Origin: Nitrososphaera sp.
GTDB taxonomy: Archaea; Thermoproteota; Nitrososphaeria; Nitrososphaerales; Nitrososphaeraceae
Assembly: GCA_036259955.1 (NCBI GenBank)
Contig: DATAAU010000171.1
Coordinates: 1-53,797 of the forward strand
DNA length: 53,797 nucleotides
Direction of reading: 5' to 3'
The position numbers were made by a program, and so were the translations under genes. Below the pieces are notes generated by a model. The model ran no database searches and was not told the DNA's origin. It saw nothing but the letters and a program-made list of their open reading frames with translations. Position 1 is the stretch's first letter. Each line of letters starts with the position of its first letter. Below, one piece after another: positions 37,998 through 47,200 of this stretch.

Positions 37998-39236
37998 TTG
38001 GGTAACAATGGCAAAGTTGTTTTGGCTTACTCGGGCGGGCTAGATACTTCAGTTTGTATAAGGTATCTTCAGACATTACACAAGCTAGATGTCATAACAG
38101 TCACTGTTGACTGTGGTCAGCAGGACGACTTTGAAGAAATACAAAGAAAGGCACAAGCAATAGGTGCGATAAAACATATTTACATTGATGCTCGCGAAGA
38201 ATTTGCTAGCAATTTTGTAGTGCCCAGCATAAAGGCTAACGGCCTGTATCAAGGCAAGTATCCACTCGCAACTGCTCTCGCTCGCCCGTTGATCGCTGCA
38301 AAAGCAGTCGAAGTTGCAAACAAAGAAGGAGCAGCTGCAGTAGCTCATGGATGCACGGGCAAAGGTAACGACCAGATTAGGTTCGATGTTACAATGCGTG
38401 CGCTTAACCCAAATCTTAGAATCATTGCTCCAATACGTGACCTCAACCTGACAAGAGATCTAGAAATATCTTTTGCAAGAGAACAAAACATACCAATAAG
38501 CTCAGAGGCAAAGAAATACAGCATTGACATAAACCTTTGGGGAAGAGCTATAGAAGGTGGTAAAATAGAGGAGGCTGACTTTGAACCTCCTGAAGAGGCT
38601 TTTGAATTTATTAATTTTCAGAACGATAAATCTGGTTATATGGAGATCGAATTCGATCAAGGCATACCAATGACTGTAGACGGTGTGGATATGCCTCTCA
38701 ATGATCTGATCCACTACATTAATGATAAGGCTGGAAGGCATGGCGTCGGGATTGTAGACCACATTGAAGACCGCGTAGTAGGAATCAAGTCTCGAGAGGT
38801 ATACGAGGCCCCTGCAGCCGTGGCAATAATTGAGGCTCACAAAGACCTAGAAAAAATGGTACTTACCAAGCATGAGCTTTCGTTCAAACAGATAGTTGAC
38901 AATCAGTGGAGCTGGCTTGCATACTCTGGGCTATGGCAGGATCCTCTACGAGCAGACTTGGATAGGTTTATAGATGCGACACAAAATCGTGTTTCAGGAA
39001 AAGTTAGACTAAAAATGGAAAAGGGATCGCTTAGGGTAGTTGGCAGAGAATCAGAATATTCTCTATACAGAAATGATCTGGCAACATATGCCACAGGTTC
39101 GACCTTTGACCAAAGTCTTGCCAAGGGATTCGTCGAGTTGTGGGGATTACAGTCAGTTATTGCAAACTCCTTGATTGCAGGAGTAGCTACAAATAGAAAA
39201 AACAAAAAGGAGGTAAATAATGAAATCAAAAGTTGA
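37998..39236 (+). CDS. argG: Argininosuccinate synthase
   Basis: LAYSGGLDTS, AHGCTGKGNDQIRF and KSREVYEAP. Confidence 0.97.
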   Translation: MGNNGKVVLAYSGGLDTSVCIRYLQTLHKLDVITVTVDCGQQDDFEEIQRKAQAIGAIKHIYIDAREEFASNFVVPSIKANGLYQGKYPLATALARPLIAAKAVEVANKEGAAAVAHGCTGKGNDQIRFDVTMRALNPNLRIIAPIRDLNLTRDLEISFAREQNIPISSEAKKYSIDINLWGRAIEGGKIEEADFEPPEEAFEFINFQNDKSGYMEIEFDQGIPMTVDGVDMPLNDLIHYINDKAGRHGVGIVDHIEDRVVGIKSREVYEAPAAVAIIEAHKDLEKMVLTKHELSFKQIVDNQWSWLAYSGLWQDPLRADLDRFIDATQNRVSGKVRLKMEKGSLRVVGRESEYSLYRNDLATYATGSTFDQSLAKGFVELWGLQSVIANSLIAGVATNRKNKKEVNNEIKS

Positions 39237-39399
39237 ATGCCAAGAATGCGGGGCCGAAGTAAGCGTTCCAGAGGATGCAGTAGTCGGCGAGATTATAACT
39301 TGCCCCGACTGTGGAGGCGAGTATGAGATAACCTCAAAGACAGAAGGCAACGTAGAGCTGAAGCCCGCTGAAAGAGTAGGCGAAGACTGGGGACAATAA
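39220..39399 (+). CDS. lysW: Amino-group carrier protein LysW/ArgW, 59 aa (not in ORF track)
   Basis: MKSKVECQECG..GEIITCPDCG..VGEDWGQ*. AGGAGGT ribosome-binding site at 39208 and TAATG coupling to lysX. Confidence 0.95.
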   Translation: MKSKVECQECGAEVSVPEDAVVGEIITCPDCGGEYEITSKTEGNVELKPAERVGEDWGQ

Positions 39400-40259
39400 T
39401 GGTTGAGGTGAGCATCCTATGCGACAAAGTTCGCTTTGAGGAGAAGTCGCTCTATGAAAAAGCACAGGATCAAGGTATCCAATCTAAGATAGTGGATGCA
39501 AAGACTGTTAGCATCGGGACGTATAGTAAGAAAAAGGATTTCCCTCTAGGAGATGTTATACTACAAAGATGCGTAAGTTATTATCGCGGTCTTTACCTTA
39601 CTGCTTGCCTTGAATTTCTTGGCTTCAAAGTAATAAATAGATTTGATGTGGGCCAGACTTGCGGAAATAAACTCCTTACATCCATTAAGCTTGAACAGAA
39701 TAAAATCCCAACTCCAAAGACACAGTTTGCATTTAGTGCTGAATCCGGGCTAGAAAGCATCAAGAAGAACGGATTTCCTCTAGTCTTGAAACCGATTGTA
39801 GGATCTTGGGGACGCGGTATATATCCGCTCCGTGACCTCGAGACTGCAAATATGATAATCGAAATGAGGGAGGAGGATGACAACCCCCTTTCGCGCATAT
39901 ACTATATTCAAGAAATGGTCGACAGACCGCCACGCGATATTCGCTGCATTGTGATCGGCGATAGAGCCATCGCTGCAATCTATCGTAATTCCTCACAATC
40001 AGAGTGGCGAACAAATGTTGCTCGCGGCGGAATGGTAGAGGTTGCGCCTATAACAAAGGAGATGGAGGATCTTGCTCTAAAAGCAGCAAAAGCGGTAGGA
40101 GGTGGCATATTAGGCGTGGATATGATGGAAGACAAGAACCATGGATTGGTTGTTCATGAAGTAAACAACACCGTAGAATTTCGTGGAGCTGCCAGCGTCT
40201 CACAAGCGGATATACCTTCCGAAATGATCAATTACGCAGTAAACGTCGCAAGACACTAA
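39399..40259 (+). CDS. lysX: ATP-grasp LysW-glutamate/aminoadipate ligase (LysX/ArgX)
   Basis: VRFEEK, KPIVGSWGR, YIQE, RDIR, WRTNVARG and EVNNTVEFRG. Confidence 0.93.
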   Translation: MVEVSILCDKVRFEEKSLYEKAQDQGIQSKIVDAKTVSIGTYSKKKDFPLGDVILQRCVSYYRGLYLTACLEFLGFKVINRFDVGQTCGNKLLTSIKLEQNKIPTPKTQFAFSAESGLESIKKNGFPLVLKPIVGSWGRGIYPLRDLETANMIIEMREEDDNPLSRIYYIQEMVDRPPRDIRCIVIGDRAIAAIYRNSSQSEWRTNVARGGMVEVAPITKEMEDLALKAAKAVGGGILGVDMMEDKNHGLVVHEVNNTVEFRGAASVSQADIPSEMINYAVNVARH

Positions 40260-40260
40260 T

Positions 40261-40319
40261 GACCAAATTCGGTCACCTATGACCTATCCAAGGTTATTGC
40301 CGACCAAAAAATATAAATG
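40261..40319 (+). promoter_or_regulatory. argC promoter with tandem GGTC/GGTT-N6-GACC boxes and BRE/TATA
   Basis: GACC(40261), GGTC-ACCTAT-GACC(40271-84), GGTT-ATTGCC-GACC(40292-305), then AAAAAATATAAATG. Confidence 0.75.
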
Positions 40320-40377
40320 AGGATTTTTGAAGCGAAGAACTAAAAGAAATGCGTTTTAGCAAAGGAGGATCTTACAA

Positions 40378-41430
40378 ATGAAAGTCGGAGTTGTTGGTGC
40401 TTCCGGGTATGTAGGCGGAGAACTGCTACGACTCCTCGTCACTCATCCAAAGATAGATCTGAGTATGGTCACATCACGGCAGAAGGCCGGAGAGTACGTG
40501 CACCGTGTTCACCCAAGTTTGAAGGGATTTGTTGACCTTACATTCTCTCCCATGGACATGGAAAAGCTAGCGGATAATTGCGATGTTGTATTTACATCGG
40601 TTCCTCATGGCAAGGCAAACAAGATAGTCAAGGACCTGTATGATAGAGGAATGAAAATAATAGACCTATCAGCAGATTTTAGGCTCAAAAATCCCAAGGA
40701 TTATGTGAGGTGGTATGGCTGGGAGCACCCTTTCCCCGAAATGCTAAGCAAATCAGTCTATGGTGTTCCAGAGCTTCATAGGGAAGAAATTAAGAAGGCA
40801 CAATTGGTCTCCTGCCCCGGTTGCATGGCGGTAACATCGCTTCTTGCTCTTACGCCGCTGATCGAGAATAACCTAATAGATACTGATCACGTTGTAGTCG
40901 ACAGCAAAATCGGATCCTCTGGAGCTGGTCAGAAGGCCAATGCAGGTACCCACCATGCGATGCGCTATGGGGTAGTCAGGCCCTACAAGCCTGCAAAACA
41001 CAGGCACACTGGCGAGATCGAACAAGAGCTTTCGCTCATTGCAAAAAAGCAAATTAAAGTCAGCATGAGTCCTCACGCAGTAAACATCGTTAGAGGCATC
41101 CTCACAACAAACCACACGTTTCTAAAGAGACCTGTGGAAGAGCTAGAGGTATGGAAGATGTACCGTAAAATGTACAAACTTGAGCCCTTTGTAAGATTGA
41201 TTCGAGACAAAAAGGGGCTCTATAAGTTTCCAGATCCTAAATTTGTGGTCGGCTCAAACTTTTGCGATGTGGGTTTTGACATAGATGAATACAATCAGAG
41301 AATAGTGGCACTCTCTGCCTCTGACAATTTAATGAAAGGTGCTGCTGGTTCTGCAATACAGAATATGAACGTGATGTTTGGGTATGAGGAAAAAGAAGGA
41401 CTGATGTACACTCCAATGACACCAGTATGA
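40378..41430 (+). CDS. argC: [LysW]-aminoadipyl/glutamyl-phosphate reductase (ArgC/LysY)
   Basis: GASGYVG, IDLSADFR, PGC, GSSGAG, HRH..E and DNLMKGAAG. Confidence 0.95.
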   Translation: MKVGVVGASGYVGGELLRLLVTHPKIDLSMVTSRQKAGEYVHRVHPSLKGFVDLTFSPMDMEKLADNCDVVFTSVPHGKANKIVKDLYDRGMKIIDLSADFRLKNPKDYVRWYGWEHPFPEMLSKSVYGVPELHREEIKKAQLVSCPGCMAVTSLLALTPLIENNLIDTDHVVVDSKIGSSGAGQKANAGTHHAMRYGVVRPYKPAKHRHTGEIEQELSLIAKKQIKVSMSPHAVNIVRGILTTNHTFLKRPVEELEVWKMYRKMYKLEPFVRLIRDKKGLYKFPDPKFVVGSNFCDVGFDIDEYNQRIVALSASDNLMKGAAGSAIQNMNVMFGYEEKEGLMYTPMTPV

Positions 41431-42230
41431 TAGTCATTAAAATAGGCGGAAGTGTTGTAGATGGCCTTCATTCATCTACTTTAGCAGACATAAAGTCTAT
41501 AGCCGAAGAATATAAGCTCATTTTTGTGCATGGTGGAGGCAAAGAGGTTACCTCCACTGCAACTAAGCTTGGAAAGGAACAAAAGTTCATTATGTCACCT
41601 GGTGGTGTACGGAGCCGTTACACTGACAAAGAGACCGCTGAGATTTATACAATGGTCATGTCGGGAAAACTGAACAAGGCAATTGTCCAAATGCTCCTGC
41701 GTAACCATATCAATGCTGTAGGAATTGCTGGAATAGATGGAGGCATCCTAAAAGCGGAGAGAAAGAAGAAGCTTTTGATCATAAACGAAAAAGGAAGAAA
41801 AATGATAATTGAAGGAGGATATACCGGCAAGATAACTTCAGTTGATGTCCGTCTGATAGAAAACCTTGTCAGCACTGGATACGTGCCTGTCATTTCTCCG
41901 ATTGCATTAAGCGAAGACTTTGATTTTCTCAATGTCGATGGCGACAGGGCTGCAGCATACGTTGCAGGCAGCATGAAGGCAGAGAAGGTTATCTTTGTCA
42001 CGGATGTGAATGGTCTCATGTTAAATGGAAAAATTGTCAAATCAATGACTCTAAACGAAGCAAAAAGCGCTCTACCAAAGATAGGGTCAGGTATGGACAA
42101 GAAAGTGCTTGCATGTATCGAGGCACTTGAAATGGGAGTCAAAGAGGCCATCATCGCTTCTGGCCAGGTAGAAAACCCTTTGTCTACTGCAGTGGGTCAT
42201 AACGATTGTACGGTGATTGTTCCGCATTGA
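41427..42230 (+). CDS. argB: [LysW]-aminoadipate/glutamate kinase (ArgB/LysZ)
   Basis: VIKIGG, VHGGG, SRYTD, LNVDGD and GMDKK. Confidence 0.95.
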   Translation: MIVIKIGGSVVDGLHSSTLADIKSIAEEYKLIFVHGGGKEVTSTATKLGKEQKFIMSPGGVRSRYTDKETAEIYTMVMSGKLNKAIVQMLLRNHINAVGIAGIDGGILKAERKKKLLIINEKGRKMIIEGGYTGKITSVDVRLIENLVSTGYVPVISPIALSEDFDFLNVDGDRAAAYVAGSMKAEKVIFVTDVNGLMLNGKIVKSMTLNEAKSALPKIGSGMDKKVLACIEALEMGVKEAIIASGQVENPLSTAVGHNDCTVIVPH

Positions 42231-43408
42231 ATCTCGAAGACCGCTACCTTGCTACTCTTTACCAGAGGTTTCCCATAAACATCGCTAGGGGCAAGGGTGC
42301 AAAAGTGTGGGATGCTGTAGGTAAGGAATACATTGACTGCATGGGGGGATATGGGGTTGCCCTAGTTGGGCATTGCAATGACAGAGTGGTAGATGCTATC
42401 AAAAGACAGGCAGAGCTTCTCATCACAGCCCACATGTCCACATACAATGATACCCGTTTAAGGTTCATGGAAAAGATAGCGTTGGTTGCACCGACACCTT
42501 TGAACAAGATGTTCTTTGCCAACAGCGGTGCCGAATCTGTCGAAGCGGCACTCAAATTTGCAAGGAAACACAGCGGCAAGCATGGTGTCATAGCAATGAA
42601 TGGGGCATATCATGGCAAAACATTTGGCGCGCTTTCTGTCACATACAACGAAAAATACAGAAAGTCTTTCATGCCTTTGCTGGAAGGTGTTAAGTTTGTT
42701 CCTTATAGTGATCCGTCAATGCTGGAAGAGGCTATTGACGATACAATTGGAAGTGTGATTCTTGAACCCATTCAAGGTGAGACTGGCATTATAGTTCCTC
42801 CAGATGACCTTCTTCCAAAGATAAGAGAGATCTGCAATCGGCGCAATCTTGTCCTTATATTTGATGAAATACAGTCCGGACTTGGGAGGACCGGAAAGAT
42901 GTGGGCGGGTCAAAACTGGAACACTACTCCTGACATCATGTGTCTTGCAAAGGGTATAGCTGGTGGAATACCCATGGGGCTTGTCCTAGCTAAACAAGAG
43001 ATAATGGACTCCATGAAACTTGGAGAGCATTCTTCTACCTTTGCTGGAAGCCCCATAGCGTGTGCAGCAGCCATAGCCACGATGGAAGCATTGGTCGACG
43101 ATAAGCTTGTTGACAATGCAGCAAAGATGGGTTTGCGCTTTAGAGAAGGACTTATCCGGCTGAAGGAGAAACACAAGATAATTCGGCAGGTAAGGGGTAT
43201 AGGCATGATGATAGGAGTTGAACTCCGCTTCGATGTCAAAGATATCCTTTTTGACGGAATTCGTCATGGACTATTGCTACTTTATTCTGGAAGAAACATC
43301 CTACGACTACTTCCGCCACTGATGATGGATGAAGCGACGATTTCACGCGTAGTTGATATAATGGATATTATACTAACTGATGAGGAAAAGAGAAAAAATG
43401 TCATCTAA
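42227..43408 (+). CDS. argD: [LysW]-semialdehyde aminotransferase (ArgD/LysJ)
   Basis: NSGAE, EPIQGE, FDEIQSGLGRTG and PLP lysine in LAKG. Start placed at TTG 42227, overlapping the argB stop. Confidence 0.93.
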   Translation: MNLEDRYLATLYQRFPINIARGKGAKVWDAVGKEYIDCMGGYGVALVGHCNDRVVDAIKRQAELLITAHMSTYNDTRLRFMEKIALVAPTPLNKMFFANSGAESVEAALKFARKHSGKHGVIAMNGAYHGKTFGALSVTYNEKYRKSFMPLLEGVKFVPYSDPSMLEEAIDDTIGSVILEPIQGETGIIVPPDDLLPKIREICNRRNLVLIFDEIQSGLGRTGKMWAGQNWNTTPDIMCLAKGIAGGIPMGLVLAKQEIMDSMKLGEHSSTFAGSPIACAAAIATMEALVDDKLVDNAAKMGLRFREGLIRLKEKHKIIRQVRGIGMMIGVELRFDVKDILFDGIRHGLLLLYSGRNILRLLPPLMMDEATISRVVDIMDIILTDEEKRKNVI

Positions 43409-43823
43409 TATAGATGAAATCGATGAAAAGATCATACACATTTTGCAGGACGACTCGCGCCGTGCTTTTGTCAATATTGCCAATGATATCGGTCTTTCTG
43501 AATCTGCGGTTCGGCGAAGAGTAAAGAATCTTGTTGACAGAGCGATCATTAAACGATTTACTATTGAACTTGGGGCCAATGACAAGACAAGCGCTATTAC
43601 GTTGATATCGGTGGCTTCGACGGCAGATACTTCAGCCGTGTCTAACCGACTGATGAAGCTAACTGGTGTCAAAGTAGTCTATGAAATAACCGGCCAATAT
43701 GATATAGCCGCTATAATTGCAGCCCCCGCGATAGTTGATATCAATAGATGTATTGATGATATACGCAAGATAGAGGGCGTGTCTGACACAGACACTGTCA
43801 TAATACTAAAAACAATGCGATAA
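43398..43823 (+). CDS. lysM: Lrp-family regulator LysM
   Basis: IDEIDEKII..LSESAVRRRV HTH and YEITGQYDI RAM domain. Last gene of the LysW cluster. Confidence 0.85.
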   Translation: MSSNIDEIDEKIIHILQDDSRRAFVNIANDIGLSESAVRRRVKNLVDRAIIKRFTIELGANDKTSAITLISVASTADTSAVSNRLMKLTGVKVVYEITGQYDIAAIIAAPAIVDINRCIDDIRKIEGVSDTDTVIILKTMR

Positions 43824-43944
43824 TACCTGTTGCGCAAATATTGTATGATTTTTAGAGATCATTTGAATAGACAATTGCATTTAATTTCAGGATTCAAGGG
43901 CTGACCGAGTAGCTCATATATGACTCTCCTTAGAAAATAGCCAA

Positions 43945-44334
43945 ATGAGCAGACCACACGCCGATCCAGATATCCATGTATACAAACAGGAGTGCCACAG
44001 GATTCTCGCCGTCTCGCCACGCATACGCTATGCAGGAATAATGAACAAGTTTGGCCGAACGCTTACAGGGGCCCTCCGAAAAGGGGTTGTGCCACTATTG
44101 AAGCCAGACGAAGCAAGAAATGAACATTTTATTGAAGCCACACGAAATCAGCTTCGGAGGAACTTTGAGAAGTCAATAGGCCGTGAAGAGTACACGCTGA
44201 CTGAGAACGAAAAGGTCAAGATAATAACGCTTTCCAGCGATGACCATTTTTACTATGTCACACTTGATAAGGAGACGCAGACAAATGAAGTGATGATAAT
44301 TATCGAAAAGATAAAGGCTCTGGTCGGGAAGTAA
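43945..44334 (+). CDS. Thaumarchaeal profilin/roadblock-like small protein (DUF6659-like)
   Basis: IRYAGIMNKFG..GALRKGVVPLL pattern. Confidence 0.65.
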   Translation: MSRPHADPDIHVYKQECHRILAVSPRIRYAGIMNKFGRTLTGALRKGVVPLLKPDEARNEHFIEATRNQLRRNFEKSIGREEYTLTENEKVKIITLSSDDHFYYVTLDKETQTNEVMIIIEKIKALVGK

Positions 44335-44580
44335 CAAATGAGTAACTGAATGAGTACTTGCAGCCATTGATACTGACAGCTTTATTTATCAATGCCCTCT
44401 GACCGAGCTCTTGTCTCCAATATCCTCGGATGCTGTGGTGGTGATAGTGGGTAAAAGAACTTTTTGATGATTCCTAGCTTCATTGTGGAAATCGAGAACC
44501 TGTCCATTTGCTAAGCGTAATGCCTGGTTTTTTGAGTGTACTTAAGCTCTGTCATTTGTCGTAGGAAAGGCAGCCGCTAC

Positions 44581-45348
44581 TCATGTATACTGCGAGTGTG
44601 ATTCAGCATCATTTTTGGACTGAGAAAAACTATTCATAAGAAACAGACCATTAAGTAACATACCATGATCGTTGTTTAGATATATTGCTTTTTTCTGTGC
44701 TTGAGTTGATGTCATTGCTGATACAATCTCCCTTAACTTTTCCTCTGGGTAGAGATAATTGTACCAAGTCTTGGTCCCATGGAGTCTTAGATATACTACA
44801 CCGTTTAATGCAATAAATGCATCTGGCAAGCTTGGCGCATCTACAGAACAAAACGAAATATCCTCCTTTTCAATCTCCTCCAAAGCCAAATCGTTCCACC
44901 AAGAGGAATCTCTGAATTCAATAACTACTTTCTTACGAGCTGCTACCTTTTCTTGAGTACTCTCGTTATTGAAAAAGGATCTGACTCTGTTCATGTTCTC
45001 GGGATTAAATTTAAAGTTAGCAGGCATCTGAAAGAGCCAAAATTGAATCTTGTTTTCTAGGACTTCAAAAAGCTTTAAAAACTCGTCCCAAAGCTGGATC
45101 GACCTTGGTTGGTTTAGTCTGTTATAATGCGTAATTGAACGATGTACTTTGATTGAAAATGTGAAATCTTCTGGAGCCTTGGTTTTCCAGAAATTAATTG
45201 ATGCAGGCGGAGGAAACCGATAGAAACTATAATTAATCTCAACAGAGCTAAATCCTTGACTAACATACCATTGAAATGCATTTGGTTTGGCTTTGTTCCA
45301 GGAGTAGCTATAACCGGATGTTCCTATTCTTATTTTTCGTTCTATCAA
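44581..45348 (-). CDS. DUF72 family protein
   Basis: IGTSGYSY, VEINYSFY, FSIKVHRSITH, IEFR, YLRLHG and YLNND. Confidence 0.93.
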   Translation of the reverse strand: MIERKIRIGTSGYSYSWNKAKPNAFQWYVSQGFSSVEINYSFYRFPPPASINFWKTKAPEDFTFSIKVHRSITHYNRLNQPRSIQLWDEFLKLFEVLENKIQFWLFQMPANFKFNPENMNRVRSFFNNESTQEKVAARKKVVIEFRDSSWWNDLALEEIEKEDISFCSVDAPSLPDAFIALNGVVYLRLHGTKTWYNYLYPEEKLREIVSAMTSTQAQKKAIYLNNDHGMLLNGLFLMNSFSQSKNDAESHSQYT

Positions 45349-45686
45349 AATTTGATATTCCCTCTTTTGCTACAGCGGATGTCCATTTCGTCTACCCAGC
45401 TGTTATTATTAGTTATAGTGTTTTAGTTATAGTGATCTGAGTTTCTTATGTCTTAATTATTTTGTGTGGTACAGATCCGTGCAGGTTTTAACGTGACTCC
45501 TTCATAAGGACAATGCTAAGATACAACAAAAATTTAGCATAAACTGCTTATTTCTTTACAACATCGGTGCGTCTAGCAAGCTCGTTTCATTATCTCGACT
45601 AGAAAATTCATGCTTATGTTTGTATGTGATGTTATGACCACAAATAGGCTAAATCATTATAAGACTATCTAGACCATAATTCTCAT

Positions 45687-46592
45687 ATGTTTACGAAAAA
45701 GCAGCCATGGCAAAAGAGAGATGCCGGCCTTACTGCGAGAATGATTATCAGCTTCGTTGTTCTCACCATTCTTTACATTGTATTTCTTAGCGTACTTGCC
45801 TATGCTGGTGTAGGCGCAATTGCGATAGCTATCATTGCAGGTATCCTGATCCTTGCTCAGTGGTACTTCTCTGACAAGATAGTACTGTGGAGCACGGGTG
45901 CAAAAATAGTGAGCAGGGCACAATTTCCCGAACTTCACGATCTGGTGGAGCGTATTGTGGCGAGGAATAATCTTTCAAAGCCTAGGATAGCAGTCATTAA
46001 TACAAGGATGCCTAATGCGTTTGCCACAGGCAAGACACCTAAAAGCTCCATCGTTGCGGTGACTATAGGATTAATGGATCAGCTTGACCCAGAGGAGCTA
46101 GAAGGCGTCATCGCTCATGAGCTTGCGCACATCAAGAACCGCGACGTACTTGTTCTCACACTTGCTAGCCTTTTTTCAATGATAGCATGGTATCTTATGA
46201 GGTTTGGAATGTATGGCGCAATGTTTGGTGGTCATGGAAGACGGGATAATCAAGGCGGTGCAGCTATGCTGCTAATATTGGTGATCGCAATCGTAACATG
46301 GATCGCCAGCTTTTTAATAATCCGAGCGATTTCTAGATATCGAGAGTATGTTGCTGATAGAGATGGTGCACTTATCACAGGCAAGCCAAGCAAATTGGCA
46401 AGTGCGCTTCTGAAGATAAGTGGTACGATGAAGCGTATTCCTACGCGTGATTTGAGGGAAGTAGAAGGTATGAATGCATTCTTCATCATCCCGGCAATTT
46501 CTGGAGATGCATTAACTAACCTGTTCTCGACCCATCCTCCTGTTGCTCAACGGGTAAAGAAGCTCATGGAAATGGAGGCTGCTATGAGCTGA
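45687..46592 (+). CDS. htpX: Zinc metalloprotease HtpX (M48)
   Basis: PNAFATG, AHELAH, SRYREYVAD and FSTHPP. Confidence 0.95.
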   Translation: MFTKKQPWQKRDAGLTARMIISFVVLTILYIVFLSVLAYAGVGAIAIAIIAGILILAQWYFSDKIVLWSTGAKIVSRAQFPELHDLVERIVARNNLSKPRIAVINTRMPNAFATGKTPKSSIVAVTIGLMDQLDPEELEGVIAHELAHIKNRDVLVLTLASLFSMIAWYLMRFGMYGAMFGGHGRRDNQGGAAMLLILVIAIVTWIASFLIIRAISRYREYVADRDGALITGKPSKLASALLKISGTMKRIPTRDLREVEGMNAFFIIPAISGDALTNLFSTHPPVAQRVKKLMEMEAAMS

Positions 46593-46657
46593 ACTTTTTC
46601 AAAAGGATCCGTAACAATATAGATCGCAATCGCATCCCAAAAGCCGACTCCGAAGTA

Positions 46658-47200
46658 TTGTTCTCTCTTTCTTCAGCATACGTCACACTTGAAGTCAAAT
46701 TGGGTCTCAAAGTTACTGGCAGATGCGCGCTCACATTCAAGCGCGTGAGTGGTACCTTCTTCTACCAAATGGAACAGGATATTAGGCAGTTCCTTGACAA
46801 TCTAAAGCCAGAGTTCAATCTAACCTGGCGTATTATCACCGACGCCTATGGCTATATGTGGATAGTGTTTGAAGGAAAAAGGATTGAAGACCTTCTTGCC
46901 GGTCTAACCACTGTCAGTGATATTGTTGAAGAGAAGGGATTTTCTGATCAACTACTGGCCGCTGTCTTTGAATTTTCAAGTGACCGAGAAGTAGCAACAG
47001 GAAGAGGAGCCAGTCAGCAATATCTGATTTACAACTATAAGCGAAACAACTTTTACCCTTTTGTTCCTGTTGGGCAAAAAACAACTGATGCCGAGCAGCA
47101 GATGAAGATAATGGCGACTATTGCGGAAGAGATACCATTTGAAAGAGACATGACGTTATGGTACCCGCTCTGGGATATTCCTCTTAGATCTCTGGGATAA
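46658..47200 (+). CDS. PspA-associated protein PspAB-like
   Basis: DAYGYMW, LLAAVFEF, LIYNYKR..FYPFVP and E.D...WYPLW. Directly after htpX. The frame is open back to a CTG at 46589. Confidence 0.8.
   Translation: MFSLSSAYVTLEVKLGLKVTGRCALTFKRVSGTFFYQMEQDIRQFLDNLKPEFNLTWRIITDAYGYMWIVFEGKRIEDLLAGLTTVSDIVEEKGFSDQLLAAVFEFSSDREVATGRGASQQYLIYNYKRNNFYPFVPVGQKTTDAEQQMKIMATIAEEIPFERDMTLWYPLWDIPLRSLG

Noticed and set aside
45409-45434. Direct repeat TTAGTTATAGTG x2 between DUF72 and htpX
   Set aside because: Short and AT-rich, likely slippage, and not positioned at an evident TATA box.
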